DNA from: Phoronis australis
Lineage: Eukaryota; Animalia; Phoronida
Reading direction: 5' to 3'
Length of the DNA: 64,000 nt
Assembly: GCA_002633005.1 (NCBI GenBank)
Contig: NMRA01000090.1
Location: forward strand, 916,736 to 980,735
Part shown: positions 23,895 through 36,614 of the stretch, one piece after another
How positions within the stretch are numbered: position 1 is the first letter of the stretch
How the letters are laid out: each line of letters begins with the position of its first letter
Made by a program: the position numbers and the translations under genes
Notes under the pieces: generated by a model
What the model was told of the DNA's origin: nothing
Database searches by the model: none
Seen by the model: the letters and a program-made list of their open reading frames with translations, nothing else

Positions 23895-23900
23895 AATAAA
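23895..23900 (+). terminator. Candidate polyadenylation signal of AP-3 beta
   Basis: AATAAA about 570 nt after the stop codon; another at 24638-24643. Confidence 0.4.
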
Positions 23901-24182
23901 TTTCATGGTGATTATGATATGTTAGATTGACCAAAAAACAACTTTAAAAAGGTTAACATCCTCCTTTAATGTTTGTTTTTGTTGAGAAATTTCACGCAAT
24001 AGATTTCCACTTGACTGTCTTGGTGTGTGCGAATAGTTGAAGAATTATAAATAGAATGACCCAAAAGTATTCTGACTAAATGACCCAAAATTTCTCATCG
24101 TGACGCCTAGACAGAAGACACGTTCATCGTCAGTACTCTTATATCATGACTGAGAATGAAGGAAAGTTAGTAAGATGGATAG

Positions 24183-24349
24183 GCTGAGTTTTGCTGCCCT
24201 AATAGTTATTACTAATCATTTTTGCTGAGTTTTGCTGCCCTAATAGTTATTACTAATCATTTTTGCTGAGTTTTGCTGCCCTAATAGTTATTACTAATCA
24301 TTTTTGCTGAGTTTTGCTGCCCTAATAGTTATTACTATCATTTTTGCTG
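24183..24349. repeat. 41-bp tandem repeat x4 downstream of the AP-3 beta stop codon
   Basis: GCTGAGTTTTGCTGCCCTAATAGTTATTACTAATCATTTTT, near-identical copies. Confidence 0.95.
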
Positions 24350-25944
24350 TTAACAAGAGTCAGCCTTGATACCAAAAAAAAAAACAGCATTGTGTTGGAT
24401 TACTTTTGTCTGGTGCTGTATCTCATTCCCTCAACTTTGAGTTATTAGATTCTACTACATCAGTTAGTAATTCTAGCATTTGGTGGTCAATTTCTTAAAA
24501 TTTGTATTTATTTTATGAAATTAAATCAACACTGATTAGCACTTAATTTTCAAATCACCTTACTAACCCCCAGGTGTTTTAGACTTGATAAAACTCATTT
24601 TTTTTGTTATAACCACTGGATGGCTGGTAAATATTTAAATAAATTTGTTGAATTAAATCCATCTGTTTGAGAAGCCAAGTTACGTAACCTCAAGTTCAAT
24701 GTTATGTGCCTTCAACCCTGGTGTTACAACAGTGAGGGACCTTAGATATACCGGTAGGTGGTGCTTCTGAAAATTGTGTTACAGTAAAGCAAATTTGACA
24801 ATTTATTTCTTGTTGAAAAAAGTAAAGTTAAAGAGAGAGGTATCAGATAATTTTTAGTTTTTTTTCAGTTTTTCTTCTGTTGGGCTTGGTTGTGTCAAAC
24901 TTTTAAATGCATGCATTGGTTAACTTTGATTGGCCCATGATGTCAGTGCATGAGTTATGCAACAGATGTCGGACTCAGCGATGAGTGTTGCCAATGATTT
25001 CCAGTCTGTAACTTCTTTTGTAGGTAGCAGAGGCCCAATCTCTCAACTGGAACTAACAAAATAACTTTCATTGTCATTTTCTGTTCCACTTCAGTTCTTT
25101 TTGTAAGGGGCTTACTATTCTGTGCTCTGGAAATGCATGTATTTGTAATTCATGCAGATCACTTCCTATTCCATGGTCGCACTTAATGACCTTTTCAGGC
25201 TACAGAAATGAGTCAGCATTTAGAGTTATGACTCAAACTTCTAGATACGTGTAGGTGGGTAGTGCTGCTGTCTGTTAGAGAGTGAATTAAGACAAGACAT
25301 CCACACACCTGACTTATGGGCAAGCACACCATCAAAATGCTTTAAACAAGTAGAGCAGGAAATTGAAAAAAGTGGAATTTGACCTCTAGTAGATAAAGCC
25401 TTTGTTTCTATTCAATATTGCCATAAGTTCGTATAAGGATATTCAATGAAAACAACGAATATGTACTAAACAGGCCTAGTATATTGAGTACAATTGCCAT
25501 GCATGTACTGCACTGGTATCTGAGACTCCTGACAACTGTGCTATTCAAGGCTTGGAATTTTCCTCCAAGAGGATTTCCTCTTCTTAGGTTTTGATTTCCT
25601 CAATTTGATTTCCAGTTTCCTCTTTTTGAGTTTCTTTTTACATTATTTAGACTTTATTGATGCAAAACGTTTATTTCAATTAAATTTTACAACACAAAAA
25701 TATTTGTTGTGACACAAGCCTCTTTATTTGTGGAACGACACATCACCTGGAAATTTTCCTCTTTGTCATTGGTCATTCCAATGAAGCAAGACAAGGTAAC
25801 CCTGTGTGTGGAGATTTATTCACTTGTGCTAATGTACCTGGCTTGTGAGCGACTGGCGGTCGTCCTATTACAGTGAATGACTGAGCTGGGTGTGAGCTGA
25901 GTGTGGTTGACATGCTGATGGCTGCACTGAAATTCGATTACATA

Positions 25945-26740
25945 TTTACTCTGCGTGTGTAAGTGCAGAGTACTGTTGTTCCTGTTTTTTCTTCAATTTT
26001 ATTCTTCTTATTACTCTGCGCGTGTAAGCGCAGAGTACTGTTGTTCCTGGGTTTTCTTCAATTTTATTCTTATTACTCTGCGCGTGTTAGCGCAGAGTAC
26101 TGTTGTTCCTGGGTTTTCTTCAGTTTTATCCTTATTCTTCTTATTACTCTGTGTGTGTAAGCGCAGAGTACTGTTGTTCCTGGGTTTTCTTCAATTTTAT
26201 TCTTATTCTTCTTATTACTCTGCACTTACACGCGCAGATTACTGTTGTTCCTGGGTTTTCTTCAATTTTATTCTTCTTATTCTTCTTCCGACCAACTTTC
26301 AGGCTTAATAACTCCAAATTGGGTGCATGTACGGTCTTTAAATTCAGCATATGAGTTTTGACAGTATATAAATTTTGATTGGTTATATAATCATATTCCA
26401 TATTGCACCGGAAGAGGTCGTTTGGTGCAAAGGTCATATAATTTTCAAAATGCTATTTCTCCTTCAGTTTTAAAGCTATCTTTTTCAAATTCGGAGCACA
26501 GGTAAAAGTCAACATGACAATTTAAAAAATTATTTTTCTAAGTAATCGGGTCATCCAATCAGGTGAAATAGGTCAAAGGTCATTAGGTGCAAACTAAAAT
26601 TTTGAGCTAGACACTTCAAATTGACAGGTCTGATTGCCACAGGTAAATCAAATCGGAATCAAAAGTTTCAGGTCATTTAGTGCAAACACTGGGTCATTAG
26701 GTGCATTTTTCTTCTGAAAATTTGACCTTTTCAATCAGAA
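25945..26740 (+). mobile_element. Helentron/HINE (DINE-1)-like element with its hairpin end repeated 5 times
   Basis: Five 62-72 bp units at 25945-26288, each with hairpin TACTCTGCGC-N6-GCGCAGAGTA plus a TTC/TTA microsatellite, followed by an AAGGTCA/GGTCAT-rich body; matching 3' end not found. Confidence 0.55.
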
Positions 26741-27946
26741 AGTATTCTGATGTGTCAACCGTTAGACAACTGTGATTCTCATCTTTAAACACATTTTTCA
26801 TGGGCTTTGCAATAATTCTAAAGATGCCTAAAATGGCACTGATGTGAGTGGTTGACGAGAGAACGAATTGTGAGCATGGTTTCCACTACTGCGCGCCCAT
26901 ATCGCTTGTGGTAGCAGACCAGTCCACCGTCACGTATTAATTGAAAATGTTCGATAAAATTTATAATCGGTCTCACGTGTGAATTTTTATTTCATGTCAG
27001 AGGAATGATTTGAAAAAATCCACCCTTACAATCCTCAACGAAGACAGCTATTGCAACAATGTCCAACACGTATCGTAATGGGAAATGCTCCACAAAACTG
27101 TGCACACATGTTAATTTGTTCAGAAAAGTACAATTTGCTCAAGCAGGTTCCGGGCTATCCGATCCATAGACCACTGCTTCACACATAGTTTTGCCAACCA
27201 ACATGTTAAGTGTCACTCTCGTATTGTTTTTAAAAAATTCTTCCTTGGTTACTGCTCAAACTGTCACAGCTTTAAGATTGAGCCATTTAGTGACGACGCT
27301 GGTGGGCCCAAACTGTCACAATAAAAATGAGTAAATTTAATCTACGCTCAACAGTAATAACAGTTGGCAATTTGAAAACTACATGTACATGAACAAGAGG
27401 TAAACATCGATTTTTCGTTTTGCACTCCTGAAAATCTATGCGATCAGGATGGCATTTGTAAAAATGTTTTATTTTACTGTGAAATATCAGCAGAGTATGC
27501 TCCAAATTGTGGAGCCAAAACTCTAATTGTGAGGTTAGGCGCATGCGCCTTTAGGTGGGGGATCTGAGTATAAAAATCTCGCGAAAAGCGCATTATTTCG
27601 GATAATAGGATCGGGACATGCACTTATTTCGGGGAGAAGCTTACGATAACCTCTTGTTTAAAGTATACAGTTGCTCCCATTGAAATTTCCTCCGGGTGTT
27701 TGACACGGACGCTATGTACATGTAGATTTAATTTATTTTAAACGTATTTTGCGGTTTGAATACATCCCTTACGGCTTTATTTCATTCCCTAAATTATCCA
27801 AGATAGAAGTAAACAAACTCAATCAATAAGAGCGAAGACTGACATGTTATCTACTGTAAAATAACCAGGACTAAGCGTCTAAATGCGCTTTAAATTGATT
27901 GACATTTCGCTCCTCCCTTCCAACATGTATTTTACTAATGCATTTT

Positions 27947-28211
27947 CATGCGGGCATCCAGCCTAAAAATAGGGGTGCTCCAATTTTTGAGAATATACAT
28001 GTAGACCTTTTACTAAAAAGCGCTTTACGTTCATAGCTATGAATTGTGCATTCGCCGAATTTTGGTAGTTTCTACGTTTTTAAGGACTTTTGTCTCGTTT
28101 TCCTACTTTTTTGGATTTTTGCTTCTATGAGGCGGACCATTTTGCTCACTTCGCCAAAAGGGGGGAGGGGGGTCGTTCGAGCCCCCGAGACCCCCCCCGG
28201 GTGCGCGAATG
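27947..28211. mobile_element. MITE family with CATGCG termini; inverted copy at 32102-32352, relatives at 37381-37588 and about 49840-49940
   Basis: Shared CAGCCTAAAA(A)TGGGG...CCTTTTACTAA...GAATTGTGCATT...CGTTCGAGCCCCC...GGGTG(C/A)GCG layout. Confidence 0.75.
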
Positions 28212-31200
28212 ATTTTAATGTTCTACGGTCGCGTTCATACGTTATTTGATCAACTACATGTATAAAAGTCACGTTCAAAGAAATATGAGAATCACACAAC
28301 TTCTACCGGTGACGTTATAGTTTATGCTAGCTTTGTAATTTTGTTGTAATTATATTTTTCTTAGCAGTAAATTTAAAGTTGTTGAGAGTAAACTTTCTTC
28401 AACTTAGAATACATAATGGCGTAACAGCGAATAGTACATACTTTAGCAAAATTTTCAACAAAAATAAACAAAAACCTCATCATTTGCACAGTTTATATTG
28501 TACAGCTATCATCAATAAATACATGATGGAATTTTGATCATTTTAATAATTTGTGCCTGCACAAAGCGCATGTAGGCACTGTAATTCGGGAAATTGGCTT
28601 GGCTTCACAAATAGGCGTATGGTTTTAAATAATTCGTGTAATTGTATCGCACTTTCTCCCTTTCCGTGGAGCTAACGTGTAATCAAACGGTAAGCAAAAC
28701 TTTTTCAAACCGATGTTCATTGATAAAGCAATATAAAAACGTTCTGTTTGTTGTTGTCATATGCTTTTTAGCTGGGGACTACCGGTAAGTGTAGTATTAC
28801 AATACCACCGTTAGAGGTTCTCAATGAAACATAACTTTGCGCTCTTTAGCTTAACTGTTTTAGCTACTCGAGGATGTCGTAATTACCTAGATCGCGGTAA
28901 TGCTTTACCCAATAATTTCCTGAGAAAACAACTGTCTTTAATTACCACACGTTCACGCTGAAATGAGCACCGCGACAAGAAGCAAATTAAGTCCGCGGTT
29001 CCCTACGGGGCCATTTCACGGTTGAGCAGACTGTTTGTATCGCCGTCTTCAGGCAGTAATTTGTATTATTTCAAGCGTGCTTTATAGCATAATTAGTTAG
29101 TTTACAGTCCTTCCAGTGATGTTCGTTACGTATTATTTTATCCAATGCCGAGGTGCGCACGGATTATTGGTTTTTACATCGATCTCCGAACTACATGTAT
29201 GTCTTCATAAACTACACGAGGTACAGCGTAATGCGCGAGCCGACTCGTTGCGCATTTGCCTCCTGGGGGACTCGCTCATAGCAGAAGTCCGTAAGGACGT
29301 GCCTCGGGTGGTATTCCGATCTCTCAAATGACGTCTCGGTTGGAAATTTGCCATTCTGGTACCGTCTGGGTTGGATGGTTTATAGTTTCAGTGCTGCGCC
29401 AGAGGGCGTGCATGGTACTTAAATACTTGGGCACTTGACTGATCGTCTGGTTAGCAATTTCCCTAATTGCCCAGATGTTTCCATTACTGTGGATGTGATT
29501 AATCGCTCGCCATTTACTATCGCATCATCTTTCTTAGAGTCCCGTCAGAGTTGCTCCACATATAACCAGACGTCCACGTGGCAGTCCAGACGGCGAGAGA
29601 CACATGACCGGACACCAAAAGCATTGTAAATGACCAGGCGTGCGTTCAGTAGACGCTAGGACCTACGCTGGGACATAGCTAAACGCTAGTCAAAGTCACG
29701 TGCTCTCATTTAAAATGCACGGCAATATCTCACGTAATCTCGCGAAGTCTTGTTTTTTAGGAGGTCCTAGCGTTACTGCAGTTCTGCTTTTGATAGCTTC
29801 TTTTGCTTCCTTTTGCCGAACTATTTTTAGTGGAGTCACGAAATGTCCTCGATTTCAAGTCAACATGTTGTTTGGCAGTTGTGCATGAGCCGACTATAGT
29901 AGCGGACGAGACAGTCTCGCCACCTGGTGGCCGTGCTTCGCCTGTAATGCACGAACGGATATCTCGTGAAGACTTGCATGATATTACGATTTCGTCAGCG
30001 TGTTGATGTATTGCCTAGGGAACTGGCACTTCAGCGATTTTGAACACCATTTTATGTGGCGACACCCAGTCTACTCATCATAATATTTGATAGCGTCGTA
30101 CGTGTTTCCGTATCGCCAGAAATTGATGTTACAAGTGTACTATTATAAAAATTGTTGATTGAAGTGAGGAGGCCATCCGTTCTGGTTAGGTCCATCCGCC
30201 TAGAATTGTTGCGCTTATGTCAGACGGGTACGCCCCTACAAGCGAAAAATTTGAGTAAAACCATGCTTAAAATAATGTTCCTGACATTAACGCAATTCGT
30301 ATGTTTTCTCGATATATTCTCAGCAAGTTAGCACGTGGAATGTAGTGAAGAATGTTGCGAGTGATACAGGTTCACATACTACGTCTAGACATAGATTATT
30401 GTAAGCAAATGCATTTGATTTGAAACTTAATTTTAAACACATGGTTTGTTTTTCAAATGAAAATTCATTTCTTTCCGAATAACATTATACGATGCTTAGG
30501 TATGGTTTAATGGTGATGTACCAAATTTGTTCATCCCTCACAAATACGAAAATAACCAATTTTGTAACAGCTAGTGGCTAAACTAGACTGTGTCCAGTTG
30601 ACCCTAATAGGTTACGCATGCTTCCAAACAAAATTCGCAAGTAAGCATGGCGGAATATTTTATCCAGGTTCTAAGCTAGGAAGTGGACTTTCAAAAGAAA
30701 GTCTCTCAAAATGTTCATCACGGCAAGTTTATGGGCTTTTGTCAAAAACAATGCGAGTGCCAGTATCCACAACAAGGTGTACGCGCGTATAGTTTTATGT
30801 CTTGTACGAAAGACGCACATCCTCGCCTGTGTGCATGCGAAAGACTCACGACAGAGTAAACAATTTTCTCTGAAAAACGCCGTACATGTACGTGTGTTCA
30901 ACGTAAATGACCAAGCCAATACAAAAGTGTTCTGCTGCGGAATTTTGACAAGATGCATCAAAATTATGTTGGTCACATCTGAAGCTGTTGATCATATTGT
31001 GTTGCTGAAACTTTACATTCTCTTTGCGGTCAGTATTTTGCACTCGTCATGCGGGATTTTAATCGATGGCATAAAAGTAACCTGTCAGACAAATCGCTTA
31101 AAACTAATATAGCACCCCCAATGATTGATCTCTTCTACGTATATGTCAAGTCAATTATGATATGCTCAAACGGTCAAAAGAAATTCCTCGTCTTGGGTCC

Positions 31201-32101
31201 AGCCCTTTTACTGACGAACCAGTTCGACATCTTACTAAAGGTCAGTTTATTATGCGTTATCCTTCGGATGTGACTGGAACAAGCTTTCACTGACTTAGCG
31301 TGATTGAGCGAGCATTGCATTAATCAGATTTTCAATTAAAGACATAGGCCTAGTATCTGTGTCAGTCGTGTCGAGCTTGACAGACTTGTAGGAGGTTGTC
31401 AGGCCAAAATACAACAAGAAGGGGTAATAAACTTTAAACGGATTGCACGAGCAAATATGTGTTACGTTGTCATCGTTCTCGGGTGACGACACTTCACTTA
31501 AGGGTCTTCTAGTTACAGGTCTACCATTTAAATGAGACAGTATGCGCTCCAAAATCCGTTGTAAAATGCACAGTGAACAAAGAATATGTCATTCTTAGTC
31601 AACAATTGCTAACAATGAGAGGGCTGTTTGTTAGAAAATAAATTTGTTCGCTAGAAACGCTAGAGCGGCTGTGGAAAGAAGCACAACAGCAGTCCTAAAA
31701 CGAAACGTTTCTTGTTCACGCGCCGGAGCCGACGTAATCGGCACAATGGCTCACTGCTGCAGAATGATGACACTGTAACCAAATCACAAGTAACATGCTC
31801 CTTGGGTCTTGGTATAATATACGGGACAAAGAAAAAGAACAGAAACGTGTTGCAGTTGTGAATGTTTTATGGTGCTCATGAGCTCACCTTCTACCAAATT
31901 AGATTGACTTTTGATTTATGTCACTTGGCGTTACTGGTACAACTTGTCTCTTAATCAGAGTCAATTTTAAAAGAATTTGTGAGGCTTGGAGGAATTAGCA
32001 GTCATTATACTGCTAAACGCGACAGGTCTCGAAATATAACGAGCTGTCAAGTCTTCCAATTTAAGCAAAAACAGTTTGATATCAGTTTTGTAACGGTAAA
32101 T

Positions 32102-32352
32102 CATGCGCTCACCCAAGGGGGCTCGGGGGGCTCGAACGGGTCCCCCATTTTGTGAAGTGGAAAAAGGCTCGCCTCAGAGAAACAAAAACTCCGAAAAAAG
32201 TAAAAACGAAACAAAAGTCCACTTAAAAGGCAGAAACTGCCAAAATTCGGGGAATGCACAATTCTTAGCTCTTGACGCACCCCGTGAATCTTAGTAAAAG
32301 GTGCACGTTCTCAAAAATTCAAAGCCCCATTTTTAGGCTGGTCGCGCGGATG
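32102..32352. mobile_element. Inverted copy of the MITE at 27947-28211
   Basis: Reverse complement aligns by eye over the full length. Confidence 0.75.
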
Positions 32353-33227
32353 TAAACTGTAACAATTAGAAGTGACTTTATTGCAAATATAAGTGAACTT
32401 CATAACATATTTTATGACTAAACATATTAAACAACCACAGAGTACAAGTAATTTGACACTGGGAATTATTTCCACAAATATTTTCTTCTTAAAAATTAAT
32501 AACGCTTGCGTCGACCATAAATTATAGACAACGGATTCGCAACTCCGACACTTTCTTCCGAAATATCCGAGAAGAGGTGCCACCCTCCTAAATTACCGAT
32601 TTCAGTTTCCGGTTAGTGTATTGTGATGGGAAATTCTCGTATTTATTTTACTGTCTTGTACAACGAAAAAAATCAATAGCGACATTGAAACGCTGTTCTA
32701 TGTCTTCCAACAGTAGAACTGTTGGTATCGTGAGTACTCTTGGCAATGCTACAGGTCATGTAATTGCAAAATTCAAACTTCAGTGCTGAGGAAACTTAGT
32801 CCTTTTACATTTCGCCTGTGTGGCCGAACACCTTACCACAGCCGACCATGATTAGCCGGAAGTAAAACTTGCTAATTTTGCCAGGTGTCGCTAGTGAAAA
32901 GCGACGTCACAGTTTATGCGTAAGATCACAGATTTCATCCATTGAAAATAAACGGAGTTGGCAGTACATGTCTATGTGTCGGCACACAAAAGTTACAGTA
33001 TCAAGCTATTCATTAAAAGGTCGTTCTCGTTTTTTAAGACCGAAAAGCACACTGTGAGATTTTTGTTTGACTGGATAGATTTTTTGAAGTTATTAGCATT
33101 GAGCTAGAAAACAGCAAGATTTTTTATCAGTGATTTCATTACAAATCGCTAATTCTCGCTCGGGTGTCTGCCATATCATTATTACCAGTTAAAGGGACAT
33201 AACCGGTTTTACAACCCAAAAACGCCT

Positions 33228-33510
33228 AATACTAATAATAATAATAATAACAGTAATGATGATAATAATAACAACTGTTATAATAATAACAATAATAATA
33301 ACAATAACAACTGTTATAGTATTAATAAAAATAATAACAATACTAGTAATAACAATAGTAATAATAACAATTATTATTATTACTATTGTTATTATTATTA
33401 CTATTGTTATTATTATTACTATTGTTATTATTATTATTACTATTATTATTGCTATTATTATTTTTATTATTATTATAACAATGGTTACTATTATTATTAT
33501 CACTATTATT
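33228..33510. repeat. Inverted (AAT)n/(ATT)n microsatellite
   Basis: AAT/AAC/AGT triplets up to about 33370, then ATT/GTT/ACT triplets; explains the poly-Ile ORFs on both strands. Confidence 0.95.
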
Positions 33511-36500
33511 AAAATGTGTTGTGCGTTTGTGATTTCGTTACAAATCGCCAATTCTTGCTGTTGTTTGGCTGACATTCGCTGAGGCCGGTGACCTTCGGGT
33601 CAAAAGAAGAGGAATTTTGGCTCAGCAAGGAGAGCCTCGGTTGTGCTGCGTAAGACGCTGGAATTGCATGTTCGATTCCACGTTCTCGCTGATCTAAACA
33701 AAACCTTTTTCTCACCGATAATGTCAGTCTTTATACAGATGAATACGCATAAAATATTCTGTCACTTTTCGAGTGGGATATATCTTCAACAGGCATTAGG
33801 CTGCGACCTGCACGGGTGATCCAGGTTCGATTCCGCACTGAAGCTAATCTCAGACACTAAGAAAAACCTAGACAACGAGTAGGCCTACACACACGCTTGT
33901 AATCAGAATTAAAGGTCGTCGAATATAGTATCCAATAAAACACGTATTCATTAGAAAAACCAATGTCGGTCATGTTAATGCGTGAAATTACTCTCAAAAT
34001 AGTTCAACTATCATAACTGCAATACTGTTATATTGATCAAGTACAGGGGAAGGTTTACAATACAAGCAGTCATAGCATGTTCACAGGCGGGTTTGTACAT
34101 AAATTGTTTCAGCTATATTAAACAAGAGACAACAATCATTATGCTAATCTAACGCTAACATTATTGGCACAAAAGTGGACGAGAAAGCAGGTACTGTTCA
34201 CGCCAGAGTATCCACCGAATTCCTTGGAAGGGTTGATGTTGCTGTCACAGATTAAAGTGAGCTAGTAGCTATTCATGGTCTTGGTCGAATGTGTATTGAC
34301 TGAGATGATTGCCTGTTTAGCGTACTACTTTAAAAGTCAAAAAACAAACAGTAGTTAAGGCAAACGACCAGTACGGCTGTTTTTAAAATTGAAAAGTGAA
34401 TATTAACCGTCTTCGAATTTTTAAAATCGATGCATTATAACAGAAATTAGCCTGTGGGATTTCTTCAGTAGCTCGGCTAAGCCGCGCGCCTTAATTTGTG
34501 AATCGATTAGGACAGGTTAGTCACAGTCTGTTTTAAGGTTGCTTAGGCGTTCGAGTAAAAAAACCCCAAATATTAGCGTACTGAAACTGAGCTTAAGCTG
34601 AACTCAAGTGGCATATTTTTTACTTTTTCAATATTTGAAAAGGTTACCCGTAATAAATAGCACCTCATTCCACGAAGAGTACTTGCTAATTTACTCACCT
34701 ATCGTTACCTTTCAAGCAGCGCACTAAGTAACTTACAAGTATTTACATGACATTCCTAAAATCCTGTTGCAAAATGGCAAAATTTTACGAGCTATTCCTA
34801 TTGACGTTTTGGAGAACATTGAACATGTACGTGCTTAAAACTTACACTCAGTCATTTCTGAGAAACAGCGTTCCGATTCTAGTCAAATTCCGCTCTTTTC
34901 TAAGGTTACCCATTACCTTAACCATATAGGTAATAAATTCTATTGCTTTGAAGTAAGTACGCCGATATCATTATAATTACTATATTTGGCTTATTATTAG
35001 CGAACAACTCCGACCTCACATTTTATATGTACATGTACTCTGGTTTTCCGAATTTGTCAAGCGGAGCATAGGAGCTAAAGCTAATTACGCGATCTTGCGG
35101 TTTTTGCATTATTTTAAAAAGCGATCGATTTTTTTTTTGTTTAGACTCAAAACTGCGTTGAATCTTAACACGAAAATACCCTTTGAAACCTATTTACCGT
35201 GATGTGCTTATAAGATACGGGTGAAACGCACGATGCCTCTTGAAATAGAAACCATTCGGAAATGACCATAAAACATAGTGGTAAGAGGATGATAAAGCCG
35301 TTACAGGCAATAAAACGCAAAGTGAAAAATATACGATAAAACATCTGTCAATATAAAAGAATATACAAAATCAAAGCTAACGTTTCGAGCTTCAGTGCTT
35401 TCTCTGCTGTCTATATTACCCGATCTCGTAGCCGAGAGCGAGAGCTTGAGATGATGGGTTTTAATTTATCGCTGTATTCCTCTTCTCATTTGATTTTATA
35501 CACGAACACTCTTTACATCTTCAAAGTTCTGCACTCGACTGCCTGCCGTTATGCACAACACGTTTTGAAAAGTTTATCAGCAAATGACGAGTCTCTTTGT
35601 ATGACTGAAGTTATTGTTTCGCGACAGTCAAGAATTCGTACTCTCTGTCGCAGCGCCACCTATGGATAGTAGCACTTAGAAAAACAGTTACATCCGGCCA
35701 GATTTTCTCCAGGTGCAAATTTAATTCATTGTTAGCAGACGACTAAAGTGTCATATTATCTGGAAATATCGTTAATCACTGATGCAATGCCAAGCGACTT
35801 CTCCTGGTTTGGTTTCAATGGATTCTCCGACACTTCCTTTTCTCGTAATCGGTGGCTTTGGCGACCCATTTTTGAGCAGACTCACGAAATGTCGTCCATT
35901 TCCACGACATGTTTGGCAGTTTTAGATAAACCGAGGACGAGACGGGATCTCGCCACCTTGTTACTACTAGGGAAAATAAACGCCTTCTTTAAACTTACAT
36001 GATGTACATGTAGTACCGTCAAGAACAATTCCCATATTTGAAGTGAATTGATGCGTTTTCTGAGAACATTCGAATTGCAACGACCTTTGAATCCAAATGT
36101 GCTAAAAAGTCGTCCATATGCGGAGTCACGTATCCCACTGGCAGCGAATCTCAGTGATTCGCACGATAACACCCGATACATGATGTATCGCCACTCTTTT
36201 AAAGATTGGGTAAGCAATTAACTAATATACTACCGTGCTGTGAGCTATGACTTAACGCCATGAGTGTTTTTCAAAGAGAGTAATATGCTGAAACAGCTTG
36301 TGATCAAAGTGTTAATTTATTGTCGCCTGTTGGCCTTAAGGGAATTGCAAGATGCCGACGTCACCAATGCACGGCCTGAGTAGATTTCATTCGTTTGATA
36401 GTTGTGCAAGGAAATAAAGACAATTTTAAAGAACAGCATTGAAAGCTGTGTAATCGGGTGTGTCCCCTAGCTACATGTATCATGAACAGAGAATACACAT

Positions 36501-36614
36501 TCACAAAACCCAGACTAATGCGATGCGAGGTAATTCCTGATAGTGAAAAACCCTTTCCGAGACATTGAGAACACCTCGGGAAATTCCGTAGCCTCAATTC
36601 CCCTTGAAGGTGAA

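Noticed and set aside
4605-26288. Tandem arrays (33, 27, 41, 47, about 65 bp) as possible CRISPR arrays
   Set aside because: Units are contiguous with no unique spacers, there are no cas genes, and the context is eukaryotic introns.
33189-33582. Poly-Ile membrane-protein-like ORFs on both strands
   Set aside because: Translation of the (AAT)n/(ATT)n microsatellite.
33618-33850. Possible tRNA genes (A/B-box motifs; also 39060-39110, 54440-54465, 54991-55050)
   Set aside because: No complete cloverleaf or acceptor stem could be formed; more consistent with decayed tRNA-derived SINE heads.
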